Origin: Burkholderiales bacterium
GTDB lineage: Bacteria; Pseudomonadota; Gammaproteobacteria; Burkholderiales; SG8-39
Reading direction: 5' to 3'
NCBI GenBank assembly: GCA_035286595.1
Contig: DATEDA010000096.1
Coordinates: forward strand, 1 to 61,332
Length of the DNA: 61,332 nt
Both the position numbers and the translations under genes were made by a program. This document shows positions 33,353-43,746 of the stretch, piece by piece (position 1 is the stretch's first letter; each line of letters starts with the position of its first letter). The notes beneath the pieces are model-generated. The model was not told the origin of the DNA, searched no databases, and was given only the letters and a program-made list of their open reading frames with translations.

Positions 33353-34236
33353 ACGAAGAGATCCGCGCGCTGCAGGCGGCGATGGAGCGCGACGGCTACG
33401 TCGTCGAGCCGGCGATCGCCACGGCCGTGTACCTCGCGAAGGAGATGCGAAAGCCGCTGCTCGTCGAGGGCGAGGCCGGCGTCGGCAAGACCGAGCTCGC
33501 CAAGATGATGGCGCGGGTGCTGGGGACGGAGCTCATCCGGCTGCAGTGCTACGAGGGGCTCGACGCCAATACCGCGCTCTACGAGTGGAACTACCAGCGC
33601 CAGCTCCTGCGGCTGCGGATCGCGGAGCGGGAAACCCACGATCCCAAAGCGCTCGAGGAGCTCATCTTCGGGCGCGAGTACCTGCTCGAGCGCCCGCTGC
33701 TACAGGCGATCACGCGCCGGGATGGACCGCCGGTGCTCCTGATCGACGAGGTCGACCGGGCGGACGACGGGTTCGAGGCGTTCCTGCTCGAGGTGCTGTC
33801 GGATTTCCAGGTCACCGTTCCCGAGCTCGGGACGATCAAGGCGCAGCACGCCCCGTACGTGGTGCTCACCTCGAACCGCACCCGGGAGATCGGTGACGCG
33901 CTGCGGCGGCGCTGCCTGTACCTGTACATCGAGCATCCGAGCCTGGACAAGGAGCTGCGCATCCTGCGGAGCAGGGTGCCCGGCCTGGGCGAGCACCTTG
34001 CCCTCGCCATCGCGCGATTCGTGCAGGAGCTGCGCAAGCGCGACCTGCGCAAGCTCCCGGGCGTCGCCGAGTCGATCGACTGGGCGCAGGCGCTGATGCG
34101 GTTGCGCCAGGACCGGCTCGACGAGGAAGTGGTGCGTGCGACGCTCGGTTGCCTCCTCAAGGACGAACACGATGTGAGGCTGACGGACGAGGACGCGGTC
34201 GCGGAGCTCGTGGCCCATGCATCCGGTCGGGAGTGA
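33349..34236 (+). CDS. coxD: MoxR-type AAA+ ATPase
   Basis: GEAGVGKT Walker A; LQCYEGLD; LLIDEVD Walker B; LTSNRTRE. Confidence 0.93.
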   Translation: MNEEIRALQAAMERDGYVVEPAIATAVYLAKEMRKPLLVEGEAGVGKTELAKMMARVLGTELIRLQCYEGLDANTALYEWNYQRQLLRLRIAERETHDPKALEELIFGREYLLERPLLQAITRRDGPPVLLIDEVDRADDGFEAFLLEVLSDFQVTVPELGTIKAQHAPYVVLTSNRTREIGDALRRRCLYLYIEHPSLDKELRILRSRVPGLGEHLALAIARFVQELRKRDLRKLPGVAESIDWAQALMRLRQDRLDEEVVRATLGCLLKDEHDVRLTDEDAVAELVAHASGRE

Positions 34237-35362
34237 CGCTCGCGCGGGTGCCGCGCACGGCATCGCGGAGCATCTCGCGACGTTTGCGGGCGCGCTGCGC
34301 GAGCACGGCATCCGGGCGGGGCTCGGCGACGAGATCGACGCCGCGAGCGCGCTCACGCTCGTCGACCTGCTGGACCGTGCCGAGGTGCATCGTGGGCTCC
34401 GCATCGCGTTCAAGGTCCCGCGCGCGGCCTGGGCGACCTTCGACCGCCTGTTCGACGAGCACTGGGGTGGCGCGGCGGCGCTCGACGTGCCGATCCCGCC
34501 CCCGACATACCCGCGCGAGCGTCGTGGCCCCATGCATTGGCGTTGGGACGGCGAGCGCGTGCGCCTCGAGGCGCCCGAGCCGGAGCGGCCCACGGGCGAC
34601 GAACCGGGATACAGCGCCGCGCAGCTCCTGCGCCGCAAGCCCTTCGACCGGATCTCGGAGAGCGAGCTCGCCGCCATGGAGCGGCTGCTGGCGCGCCTTG
34701 CTCTCAGGCTTGCCGCGCGGCGCAGCCGGCGCCTGGTCCCCACCCGCGGCCGAGGGATCGTGGACCTGCGCCGCAGCTTCCGGCATGCGCTTGGAACCGC
34801 CGGCGACCTCGCCCGCCTCGCGCGCCGGAGCCGCGCGCTCGAGGAGCCCCGCGTCGTGCTGCTCTACGACACGAGCGGGTCCATGGACCCCTACACCCGG
34901 TTCCACCTCGCCTTCGCATTCGCGCTGCGGCGCGTCATCCGGCGGGTGGAGATCTTCGCTTTCAACACGTTGCTCACCCGCGTGACCCGCGACGTCGCGC
35001 CGGCGAGGATCCTCCGGTCCCTCGAACGGCTCGCGGCCGACGTGCCCGACTGGTCGGGCGGGACGCGGATCGGCGCTTGCCTGACCGAGTTCGTCGCCCT
35101 CCATGCGAGCCTCGTCGGCCGCGACACGACGGTCGTGATCGTGAGCGACGGCCTGGATCTGGGCGACACGGCGCTGCTCGTCGGCGCGATGCGGGCGCTG
35201 CACGAGCGCGCGCGGACGATCGTCTGGCTGAATCCCCTCATGGGCGACGCGCGTTACGAGCCGACCGCGGCCGGCATGCGTGCTGCGCTGCCGTACGTCG
35301 ATCACTTCGAAGCGGGGCACAATCTCGAGTCGCTGGAGCGGTTGCTGCGCTTCGTGGATTGA
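34217..35362 (+). CDS. coxE: VWA-domain CoxE-like protein
   Basis: DTSGSM MIDAS, WSGGTRIG, VSDG and VWLNP motifs. Confidence 0.92.
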   Translation: MHPVGSDARAGAAHGIAEHLATFAGALREHGIRAGLGDEIDAASALTLVDLLDRAEVHRGLRIAFKVPRAAWATFDRLFDEHWGGAAALDVPIPPPTYPRERRGPMHWRWDGERVRLEAPEPERPTGDEPGYSAAQLLRRKPFDRISESELAAMERLLARLALRLAARRSRRLVPTRGRGIVDLRRSFRHALGTAGDLARLARRSRALEEPRVVLLYDTSGSMDPYTRFHLAFAFALRRVIRRVEIFAFNTLLTRVTRDVAPARILRSLERLAADVPDWSGGTRIGACLTEFVALHASLVGRDTTVVIVSDGLDLGDTALLVGAMRALHERARTIVWLNPLMGDARYEPTAAGMRAALPYVDHFEAGHNLESLERLLRFVD

Positions 35363-35398
35363 GGGTAAGGTTCTGCACCCCGTGCAAAGGAGGAACCC

Positions 35399-36271
35399 AT
35401 GATTCCTGCACCCTTCGACTACCACCGGCCGGGGACGCTCGACGAGGCAGTGGCGCTGCTCGCGCGCCACGGCGATACCGCCAAGGTGCTCTCGGGCGGC
35501 ATGAGCCTCCTGCCCGTGCTCAAGCTCCGCCTCGGCTCCGTCGCGCACCTCGTCGACATCGGGCGCATTCCGGGGCTCGAGTACGTCAAGGAAGAGGGCG
35601 GGACGCTCAAGATCGGCGGCGGCACGCGGCAGGCGACGCTCGAGCGCTCGGAGCTCATCGCCGCCAAGTACCCGATCCTTCGGGACGCTGTGGTGCTGAT
35701 CGCCGATCCGCTGGTTCGAAATCGCGCGACGGTGGGCGGAAACCTCGCGAACGGCGACCCGGGCAACGATCTGCCGGCGATCATGATCGCGCTGGGCGCC
35801 ACCCTGGTCGTGCGCGGTCCGAAGGGCGAGCGCACGATTCCCGCCAACCAGTTCTACAAGGGGATCTACAGCACTGCGCTCGCGCCGGACGAGATCCTCA
35901 CGGAGGTTCGCGTCCCGATCCCGCCGGCTCGCAGCAGCGGGGCGTATCTGAAGCTCAAGCGCAAGGTCGGCGACTTCGCGGCCGCGGCAGCGGCGGTGCA
36001 GGTCACGCTCGACGCGAAGGGCGGCATCGAGCGCGCTGCCGTCGCGCTCACCAACGCCGGCGCGACGCCGATCGAGGCTGCCGATGCCGCGAAGTATCTC
36101 GCCGGCAAGGCGCTCGACGACCAGGTGGTCGCCGAGGCGTCGCGGCTCGCCGCGGCGAAGAGCTCACCGAGCGCCGATCGGCGCGGGTCGGTCGAGTACA
36201 AGAAGGAAATGGCGCGCGTGCTGACGGGGCGCGCGCTTCGCAAAGCCGCCGAGCGCGCGGGAGGTCGCTGA
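35399..36271 (+). CDS. coxM: CO dehydrogenase medium (FAD) subunit
   Basis: LSGGMSL and [18 protein letters not shown] motifs. Confidence 0.93.
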   Translation: MIPAPFDYHRPGTLDEAVALLARHGDTAKVLSGGMSLLPVLKLRLGSVAHLVDIGRIPGLEYVKEEGGTLKIGGGTRQATLERSELIAAKYPILRDAVVLIADPLVRNRATVGGNLANGDPGNDLPAIMIALGATLVVRGPKGERTIPANQFYKGIYSTALAPDEILTEVRVPIPPARSSGAYLKLKRKVGDFAAAAAAVQVTLDAKGGIERAAVALTNAGATPIEAADAAKYLAGKALDDQVVAEASRLAAAKSSPSADRRGSVEYKKEMARVLTGRALRKAAERAGGR

Positions 36272-36275
36272 TCCA

Positions 36276-36746
36276 ATGGCCAAGCACCGCATCAACATCA
36301 CCGTGAACGGCACCGCGCACGCGGCGGAGGTCGAGTCCCGCCTGCTGCTCGTGCACTTCATCCGCGAAAACCTCCGGCTGACCGGCACCCACATCGGCTG
36401 CGACACGTCGCACTGCGGCGCTTGCACTGTCCACCTCGACGGCGAGCCGGTGAAGTCGTGCACCGTGCTCGCCGTGCAGGCGGACGGCTGCAAGATCCGG
36501 ACGGTCGAGGGCCTCGAGCAGGGCGGCAAGCTCCACGCCGTCCAGGAGGGCTTCACCGAGAAGCACGGCCTGCAGTGCGGCTACTGCACGCCGGGGATGA
36601 TGATGACGAGCGTGGCGCTCCTCGAGCGGAACAAGCGCCCGAGCGAGCAGGAGATCCGCGAGGCGATCTCGGGGAATCTCTGCCGCTGCACCGGCTACGT
36701 CAACATCGTCAAGGCCGTCCAGTACGCGGCCGAGAAGCTGCGCTAG
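36276..36746 (+). CDS. coxS: CO dehydrogenase small (2Fe-2S) subunit
   Basis: [15 protein letters not shown] and NLCRCTGY motifs. Confidence 0.96.
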   Translation: MAKHRINITVNGTAHAAEVESRLLLVHFIRENLRLTGTHIGCDTSHCGACTVHLDGEPVKSCTVLAVQADGCKIRTVEGLEQGGKLHAVQEGFTEKHGLQCGYCTPGMMMTSVALLERNKRPSEQEIREAISGNLCRCTGYVNIVKAVQYAAEKLR

Positions 36747-36756
36747 GAGCTCCGCC

Positions 36757-39126
36757 ATGACGACCCCCAAGACCGACGCCAAGATCTGCGGCATGGGCCA
36801 TTCGATGAAGCGCAAGGAAGACCCGCGCTTCATCCGCGGGCAGGGCCGCTACGTCGACGACATCCAGCTCCCCGGGATGCTGTACATGGACATCGTGCGC
36901 AGCCCGCATGCGCACGCGAAGATCAAGTCGATCAACACCGACCGCGCCATGAAGATCCCGGGCGTGCTCGCGGTGATCACGGGCGAGGTGCTCGCCAAGT
37001 ACAACCTGCACTGGATGCCCACCATCTCGTCCGACACCCAGATGGTGCTGCCCACCGACCGGGTGATGTACCAGGCGCAGGAGGTGGCGGCGGTGATCGC
37101 CACCGAGCGGTACATCGCGGCCGACGGCGCCGACGCGGTGGACGTCGAGTACGAAGCACTTCCGCCGCTGATCGATCCGTTCAAGTCGCTCGCACCCGGC
37201 GCGCCGGTGCTGCGCACCGACAAGAAGGATCAGAAGACGAACCTCGCGTTCCACTGGGAGGCGGGCAACCGCGCGGACGCCGACAAGGCGATCGCGGCGG
37301 CGGAAGTGGTGGTGAGCGAGAACATCTACCTCCCGCGCATCCACGTCGCGTCGATGGAGACCTGCGGCTGCATCGCCGACTTCGACGCCGCCCAGGGCAA
37401 GCTCACGGTCTACATGACCACGCAGGCGCCGCATGCCGTGCGCACGGTGTTCGCGCTTGTGGCGGGGCACGTCGGCCTGTCGGAGGAAAGGATCCGCATC
37501 ATCTCGCCCGACATCGGCGGGGGGTTCGGCGGCAAGGTGCCGGTGTATCCGGGCTACGTGATCGCGGTCGCTGCGTCGGTCGTGATCGGCAAGCCGATCA
37601 AGTGGATCGAGGACCGGATGGAGAACCTGCAGGCGGACTCCTTCGCGCGCGACTACCACATGAAGGTCGAGCTCGGCGCGAAGAAGGACGGCACCATGAC
37701 CGCGCTCCGGATCAAGACGGTGGCCGATCACGGCTACGCCAACGCGTCGGCCAACCCGTCGAAGTTCCCCGCGGGCCTGTTCTCGATCTGCACCGGGTCG
37801 TACGACCTGAAGCACGCATTCTGCGAGGTCGATGCGGCCTACACGAACAAGCCACCGGGCGGCGTTGCCTACCGCTGCTCGTTCCGCGTCACCGAGGCGG
37901 TGCACGCGATCGAGCGCGCGACCGACGCGCTCGCGCAGAAGCTGGGGATCGACCCCGCCGACCTGCGCATGAAGAACTTCATCAAGCCGGAGCAGTTCCC
38001 GTACAAGTCGGTGCTCGGCTGGGAGTACGACAGCGGCAACTACCACGCCGCGCTGAAGAAGGCGATGGAGATCGTCGACTACGCGGGCCTGCGCAAGGAG
38101 CAGGCGGAGAAGCGCAAGCGCGGCGAACTGATGGGCATCGGCATCTGCAGCTTCACCGAAGTGGTCGGCGCCGGCCCGTCGAAGGACTTCGACATCCTCG
38201 GCCTCAAGATGTTCGACTCGGCCGAGATCCGCGTCCATCCCACGGGCAAGGCGATCGCGCGCTTCGGCACCAAGAGCCAGGGCCAGGGGCACGAGACGAC
38301 GTACGCGCAGATCATCGCGGAGGAGCTGGGCATCCCGGCGAGCGACATCCAGGTGGAGGAGGGCGACACCGACACCGCCCCGTACGGGCTCGGCACCTAC
38401 GCGAGCCGCTCGACGCCGACCGCCGGCGCCGCGGGCGCGATGGCGGCGCGGAAGATCCGCGACAAGGCGCGGAAGCTCGCCGCGCACCTGCTCGAAGTGA
38501 GCCCGAGCGATCTCGAGTGGGAGACCGGGAAGTTCTTCGTGAAAGGCGCGCCGCAGAAGGCGAAGACCATCCAGGAGTGCGCGTTCGCGGCCTACACCAA
38601 CCACCCGCAGGGAATGGAGGCGGGGATGGAGGCGGTCCACTACTACGATCCGCCCAACCTCACCTTCCCGTTCGGCAGCTACATCTGCGTCGTGGACATC
38701 GACCGCGGGACGGGCGAGGTCAAGGTGCGGCGCTTCGTCGCGGTCGACGACTGCGGCAACATCATCAACCCGATGATCGTCGACGGGCAGATCCACGGCG
38801 GCCTCGCGCAGGGGATCGGGCCGGCGCTGTTCGAGGAGATCAGCTACGACGAGGACGGCAACATCTCCGGGGGGAGCTTCCTCGACTACTACGTGCCCAC
38901 CGCCATGGAGTGTCCGCACTGGGAGACCGACAAGACCGTGACCCCGTCGCCGCACCACCCGCTCGGCGCCAAGGGCGTGGGCGAGTCGGCGACGGTCGGC
39001 GCGCCGCCGGCGATCGCCAATGCAGTGGTCGATGCGCTACGGCATCTCGGGGTGACGCACATCGACATCCCGATCACGCCCGACAAGGTGTGGCAGCTGC
39101 TGAAGGCGAAGGGGGCGGCGGAGTAG
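36757..39126 (+). CDS. coxL: Form I aerobic CO dehydrogenase large subunit
   Basis: Active-site AYRCSFR motif; MSL gene order; QGQGHET and KGVGES motifs. Confidence 0.96.
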   Translation: MTTPKTDAKICGMGHSMKRKEDPRFIRGQGRYVDDIQLPGMLYMDIVRSPHAHAKIKSINTDRAMKIPGVLAVITGEVLAKYNLHWMPTISSDTQMVLPTDRVMYQAQEVAAVIATERYIAADGADAVDVEYEALPPLIDPFKSLAPGAPVLRTDKKDQKTNLAFHWEAGNRADADKAIAAAEVVVSENIYLPRIHVASMETCGCIADFDAAQGKLTVYMTTQAPHAVRTVFALVAGHVGLSEERIRIISPDIGGGFGGKVPVYPGYVIAVAASVVIGKPIKWIEDRMENLQADSFARDYHMKVELGAKKDGTMTALRIKTVADHGYANASANPSKFPAGLFSICTGSYDLKHAFCEVDAAYTNKPPGGVAYRCSFRVTEAVHAIERATDALAQKLGIDPADLRMKNFIKPEQFPYKSVLGWEYDSGNYHAALKKAMEIVDYAGLRKEQAEKRKRGELMGIGICSFTEVVGAGPSKDFDILGLKMFDSAEIRVHPTGKAIARFGTKSQGQGHETTYAQIIAEELGIPASDIQVEEGDTDTAPYGLGTYASRSTPTAGAAGAMAARKIRDKARKLAAHLLEVSPSDLEWETGKFFVKGAPQKAKTIQECAFAAYTNHPQGMEAGMEAVHYYDPPNLTFPFGSYICVVDIDRGTGEVKVRRFVAVDDCGNIINPMIVDGQIHGGLAQGIGPALFEEISYDEDGNISGGSFLDYYVPTAMECPHWETDKTVTPSPHHPLGAKGVGESATVGAPPAIANAVVDALRHLGVTHIDIPITPDKVWQLLKAKGAAE

Positions 39127-39139
39127 GCCACAGCGCGCG

Positions 39140-39460
39140 ATGAAAGAACCCGGGTTCTTTCTCATCGTGCGCTTCTGGGTCGCGCCGCAGGCCGAGGCGC
39201 AAGTCATCGACTGGCTGGACGACGGCCACGTCGCCGAGGTGGTGCGTCAGCCGGGCTTCCTCTGGTGCCGCCGGATCAGGCTCGCGGAGAAGGACGCGAA
39301 CGGCTGGAGCGGCTATTCGATGATCTACGGCATCGCGTCCAAAGAGGATTTCGACGGCTACTCCGCCAACAAGCTTTTGCACGAGAAGTTCGCCCGGGAA
39401 CGCGCGCCCTTCGAGAAGCAGCTGAGAATCGACCGCTTCGCCGGACCGGTCGAAGGTTGA
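39140..39460 (+). CDS. DUF4286-like small alpha/beta-barrel protein
   Basis: WLDDGHVAEVVRQPGF...YSMIY pattern. Confidence 0.7.
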   Translation: MKEPGFFLIVRFWVAPQAEAQVIDWLDDGHVAEVVRQPGFLWCRRIRLAEKDANGWSGYSMIYGIASKEDFDGYSANKLLHEKFARERAPFEKQLRIDRFAGPVEG

Positions 39461-39474
39461 CCGATCAGCGACGC

Positions 39475-41166
39475 TCAGTGGGAGTCGAAGATCTCCTGGT
39501 AGGCCGCAAGGCTATTTCGAACCGCTGCGAGCTCACCCTCGGTGGGGCGATCCGGATCTGCAGCTGGGGGCAGGCTCCCGAGGTGCATCAGGCAAGCCAT
39601 TAGCAGCAGCCGGGCCTTGGTCGCAGTGAGGTTTCGTCCACCGAGGAACAAGCCGTGCGGCGCGGTGAATCCTTCATTGTTGCCTCGCCCCACTGCCACG
39701 ACCGGCATGCCGCACAGAACGGCTTTCCGCATCAGCCCCGCGCGCGCACCTGAAGTCATCGTCCCGAACGGGGCATGACCCTCCACAACGAATCCCGCCA
39801 ACGGATCCGCGTCGAGATTCCGGGCGATCTGGGCCTGCAGGTCAGCCTCGCGCTCCGGAGATTCGCCGTCGGCAATGTAGTTTCCATCCTTGACGATCGA
39901 GACTCTCGGGATGGCACTGTCCAGCAGCTCGCCCGACGGATCCTTGAGCGGCACCTGGACGACCTGAAGGGCCGCGCCGTTTCGCGTCACGCCGACGACT
40001 TCGCGGGGCAGGCGAGTGAAGTTGACGAGCGAGTCATAGGTGTGCCGGCGCGTAGGGACGTGGGTAAGCGTTGGAGAACCTTCGTGCCCGACCGCACCCA
40101 GGATTCCGCCGTGCCCTCCGGTAGCCACGTAGCCGCCCGGCCTGGCATCCGCCTTCTGAACGTCGCGCGCGGCGAAAACACGCTGGTCCTGGATCAGCAC
40201 CACGCCGACCCGGTTGCGGCCGCGATCGTCGGCCCACACCCGTGAGGCGATGTACTCCACGGAGTCGACGAGGTTCTTGTCGCCGTCGTTGCTGATCATG
40301 CCGTGGAGGCGCTGCGAAGCGTTGCCGCAGATCGGCACGGTCGTGTCGATCAGCAGGTTGAGCCAGTAGACGGTCTCTTCGATCCGCGGGCTGCCCTGCG
40401 TCCAGATCGCGCCCGCGTAGTTCCCGGTCGCCATCACGCGCTGTACGATGTTCGTGATCCGGGCGAGCGCGGCGCGCGGCGGCGACGCCGCCAGGTGGTG
40501 GGGCCGATAGGGAAAGAAGTCCCGTCCCAACGCTTCGGGTTCGATGTCTCCTGCGCCGACGTCGGTCCGGTGGTCGGCGGGAAGCCCTTTCGTGTACCCG
40601 GAGGGAGGGACGGAACGGTAGAAGTCGACGTCCGCCCGCGCGGAGATCAGATTGCCGATGCCCTTGCCGCTGATCCCGAACCGATCGATCTCTTCAAACG
40701 CGCGCGAACCGTCGGGGTAGAAGGGCTGTCTGGCGAGGGACGCGGGCGCGCCGGGCTGTGCGCAGTCCTCTTCCCAGGGACGGCCGTCGTTCTGGCGGGC
40801 CATGTACGGCAGCGGATAGAGGCCATCCTCCGGCCGGAGGGTGATCTCGTAGACCGGCTTGTCGTCCGCAGCGCGCCGCTCCCGATGGAACGCGCCAGAC
40901 CGATCGACGTAGCCGTCCGGCGGTCCGTAGAGCTCGGCGGCATCGCGTTCGAGCGGGTGGGCGCTGAACTGCTCGACATAGATCGTGACCGACGCCGCGA
41001 GGCGTTGCGGCCGGAGCACGTCGAAGCGGGGAGGGCTCCCGTCGGCGTTGGTGAGAAGCGCAAGCCCGTACTTTTCGCGGGCCTTGTTGCTCGTGACCAG
41101 CGGCGGGATGTTCATGATCGTCGCGTTCGAGCCGGCGAAGTGGGCAATGCGAGGTTTGACGGTCAT
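39475..41166 (-). CDS. Atypical asparaginase-fold protein
   Basis: AHFAGSNATI N-terminal motif; WTQGSPRIEET in place of HGTDT; DVQK; C-terminal GGRNLTATKARLLLM. Confidence 0.75.
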   Translation of the reverse strand: MTVKPRIAHFAGSNATIMNIPPLVTSNKAREKYGLALLTNADGSPPRFDVLRPQRLAASVTIYVEQFSAHPLERDAAELYGPPDGYVDRSGAFHRERRAADDKPVYEITLRPEDGLYPLPYMARQNDGRPWEEDCAQPGAPASLARQPFYPDGSRAFEEIDRFGISGKGIGNLISARADVDFYRSVPPSGYTKGLPADHRTDVGAGDIEPEALGRDFFPYRPHHLAASPPRAALARITNIVQRVMATGNYAGAIWTQGSPRIEETVYWLNLLIDTTVPICGNASQRLHGMISNDGDKNLVDSVEYIASRVWADDRGRNRVGVVLIQDQRVFAARDVQKADARPGGYVATGGHGGILGAVGHEGSPTLTHVPTRRHTYDSLVNFTRLPREVVGVTRNGAALQVVQVPLKDPSGELLDSAIPRVSIVKDGNYIADGESPEREADLQAQIARNLDADPLAGFVVEGHAPFGTMTSGARAGLMRKAVLCGMPVVAVGRGNNEGFTAPHGLFLGGRNLTATKARLLLMACLMHLGSLPPAADPDRPTEGELAAVRNSLAAYQEIFDSH

Positions 41167-41269
41167 GGCTGCCTCGGCTTCGGTAACATCGCGCCTTCTG
41201 CGATGGTTCCGTTGGAGTATCGCTAGTTTCGCACTGGCATGCTCTGCTGCCGCAAGACAAGGAGAGGAA

Positions 41270-42226
41270 GTGCCCGAGCCGCTACCCAGAGTCGACGACA
41301 AGTTCCTGATCGACATGCACGTGCATGTCGGACCCGAGTACCTGCAGCGACGCTACAGCGCGGAGACGCTCGCCGAGGAAGGGCGGCGGGAGGGATTCGG
41401 CGCGGTGATGAAGAACCACTTCCAGCCGACCACCGGCTGGGTGAGCAAGGTTCGACGCCCTGACGACCAGGTCGCCCTGGTGGGTGCAGTGGTGCTCAAC
41501 TTCAGCGTCGGTGGCGTCGACGAGCACGGCGTGCGGGCCGCGCTTTCGGCGTGGAAGCGCGACGTCCGCGCGACCGATCCGGACCCGGGGCCCGTCGTCG
41601 TGTGGCTCCCCACGCTCTCCACGGAAGCGCACCTCACGCTGTACGGCCGGCGCGAGATGCCCGAGGCCTGGGGCGTGAGGGGCAAGTACTCGCGCTTCGT
41701 GCCGATCGGGGGCGGCTACCGTCTCGACGAGGCCGACCCGAAGGTGATGGCCGGGGTCGAGCGCATGCTGCGCATGGTGGCCGAGTCGGATCTCACGCTC
41801 GCGACCGGACACCTGAACAAGACCGAGACCGTGGCGCTCGTGCGGCGCGCGCACGCCGCCGGCATCCGGCGGATCCTGATGACGCACCCGCTGTTCCAGG
41901 CGACGAACCAGGAGGTCGACACGCTGGTGAAGCTCTGGCGCGACTACGGCGCCTACACCGAGCTCGCGTTCGTGAACATCGCGATGGACCACCTCTCCTA
42001 TGAACAGTACGTGCAGGTGATCGAGGCGGTAGGTCCGGAAGGCGTCGTCCTTACCACCGACCTCGGGCAGGCGATGAACACTACGGTATCGGACGGCTGG
42101 CGCGAGTACATCGCCGAGCTGAAGCGACGAGGCGTCAAGGATGACGCCATCGCGCAGATGGCCGTGCTCAACCCCCATCGCATCCTGTACGGTCGGGAGC
42201 TCGCCGCGCTCGCGCCGCCGGCCTGA
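41270..42226 (+). CDS. Amidohydrolase/PHP-like TIM-barrel metalloenzyme (DUF6282-like)
   Basis: GTG after AAGGAG; DMHVH, KNH, TGH, MTHP and TTDLGQ motifs. Confidence 0.82.
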   Translation: MPEPLPRVDDKFLIDMHVHVGPEYLQRRYSAETLAEEGRREGFGAVMKNHFQPTTGWVSKVRRPDDQVALVGAVVLNFSVGGVDEHGVRAALSAWKRDVRATDPDPGPVVVWLPTLSTEAHLTLYGRREMPEAWGVRGKYSRFVPIGGGYRLDEADPKVMAGVERMLRMVAESDLTLATGHLNKTETVALVRRAHAAGIRRILMTHPLFQATNQEVDTLVKLWRDYGAYTELAFVNIAMDHLSYEQYVQVIEAVGPEGVVLTTDLGQAMNTTVSDGWREYIAELKRRGVKDDAIAQMAVLNPHRILYGRELAALAPPA

Positions 42227-42227
42227 A

Positions 42228-42950
42228 TCACAGGCCCAGAAACGTCCGCCGGATCTCCGGGTGACCGAGCACCTGCCCGGCCGGCTCGACCAGGCTCACG
42301 CGCCCCAGCTCCAGCACCACGCCGACATCGCACCGCTCGAGCGCCTGGCGGGCGTTCTGCTCCACCATCACGACGGTGATGCCGTCGCGCACGAGGTCGC
42401 GGATCGTCGCGAACACCGTTTCCATCGGGCCGGGTGCAAGTCCGAGCGAGGGCTCGTCGAGCAGGAGCAGCCGCGGCCGAGCCATCAGCACCATCGCCAT
42501 CTCCAGGAGCTGCTGCTCGCCGCCGGACAGGTTCCCGGCGTCCACGCCCCAGCGCTCCCTGAGCGGGGGGAACCGCTCGGCCATGCCCTCCACCTCGGCC
42601 GTGAGCGCCGGGCCGACGAGCCGCCGCGACCAGGCGCCGAGCCGGAGGTTGTCCGCGACCGACAGCAGCGGGAAGTTGCACCGGCCCTGCGGCACGAGCC
42701 CGATCCCGCCCTGCAACCGTTCGATCGCGGAGACCCGCGACACCTCGCGCCCGTCGTAGACCACCCGCCCCTCGCGACACGGGACGATTCCCGCGATCAG
42801 CTTCAGCAGCGTGGACTTGCCGGCGCCGTTCGCCCCGATGATGGTCGTCCAGCTCCCGCGGGCGATCGTGAGGTCGACGCCGTGGAGGATTGTCATGTCC
42901 CCGTACCCACCCACCGCGCCCGCCACTTCGAGGATCGTCCGCTCAGCCAT
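42228..42950 (-). CDS. livF: Branched-chain amino acid ABC ATPase (LivF-like)
   Basis: GANGAGKS, LSGGEQQ and LLLDEPS motifs. Confidence 0.93.
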   Translation of the reverse strand: MAERTILEVAGAVGGYGDMTILHGVDLTIARGSWTTIIGANGAGKSTLLKLIAGIVPCREGRVVYDGREVSRVSAIERLQGGIGLVPQGRCNFPLLSVADNLRLGAWSRRLVGPALTAEVEGMAERFPPLRERWGVDAGNLSGGEQQLLEMAMVLMARPRLLLLDEPSLGLAPGPMETVFATIRDLVRDGITVVMVEQNARQALERCDVGVVLELGRVSLVEPAGQVLGHPEIRRTFLGL

Positions 42951-43746
42951 CCAGCAGCGCCTCTCTCCGGGCGCCGGCGCCCAGGTACGCCTCGAGGACC
43001 CTCGGGTCGTGCGCGACCTCGTCCGGCGGGCCGCTCGTCAGCAGCCGGCCGCCGTCGAGCACGAAGATCCGCTCGCAGAGGTCGAACACGAGCTTCAGGT
43101 TGTGCTCGACGATCAGAAGCGTCACGCCGCGGTCGCGCACGCGCACGAGATGTTGCTTGAGCGCCTCGATCAGCGTCGGGTTCACGCCGGCTACCGGCTC
43201 GTCGAGCAGCAGCACCTTTGGATCGGTCATGAGCGCCATGGCGAGCTCGAGGAGTTTCTTCTGTCCGTAGGAGAGGGTGCCCGCGAGCTGCTCGGCGTGC
43301 GCCGCGAGCGCGAACTCTTCGAGCATCGCGGCCGCACGTTCGCGCATCAGGCGCTCGTGGCGGCGGACCTGCGGCACGCGCAGCACCTCTTCGAACGCCG
43401 AGTACCCGGGCCCGGACTGGGCCGCAGTGAGCAGGTTGTCGCGCACGCTCAGGCCCGCGAACACCTTGAGCTGCTGGAAAGTTCTGCGCACGCCCGCCCG
43501 CGCGACGCGCACCGCGGGGAGCGACGTGAGCTCCACCGCCGTCGGCCCGCCAGGGCTGAGCCACGCCTGCCCGGCGTCGCGCCGCTGGAAGCCGCTGATG
43601 CAGTCGAAGAGCGTCGTTTTCCCCGAGCCGTTCGGGCCGATCAGCCCGGTGATCGAGCCGCCCGCGACCTCGAGCGTGACGCCGTCGAGGGCGGTGACGC
43701 CTCGGTAGGTCTTGACGATGCCTTCGATGCGCAGGATCGGGCTCAT
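42943..43746 (-). CDS. livG: Branched-chain amino acid ABC ATPase (LivG-like)
   Basis: GPNGSGKT, LSYGQKK and LLLDEP motifs; starts MSPILRIEG. Confidence 0.93.
   Translation of the reverse strand: MSPILRIEGIVKTYRGVTALDGVTLEVAGGSITGLIGPNGSGKTTLFDCISGFQRRDAGQAWLSPGGPTAVELTSLPAVRVARAGVRRTFQQLKVFAGLSVRDNLLTAAQSGPGYSAFEEVLRVPQVRRHERLMRERAAAMLEEFALAAHAEQLAGTLSYGQKKLLELAMALMTDPKVLLLDEPVAGVNPTLIEALKQHLVRVRDRGVTLLIVEHNLKLVFDLCERIFVLDGGRLLTSGPPDEVAHDPRVLEAYLGAGARREALLDG

Noticed and set aside
36757-39126. Form II (putative) CODH or generic xanthine dehydrogenase
   Set aside because: The motif is AYRCSFR, not AYRGAGR.
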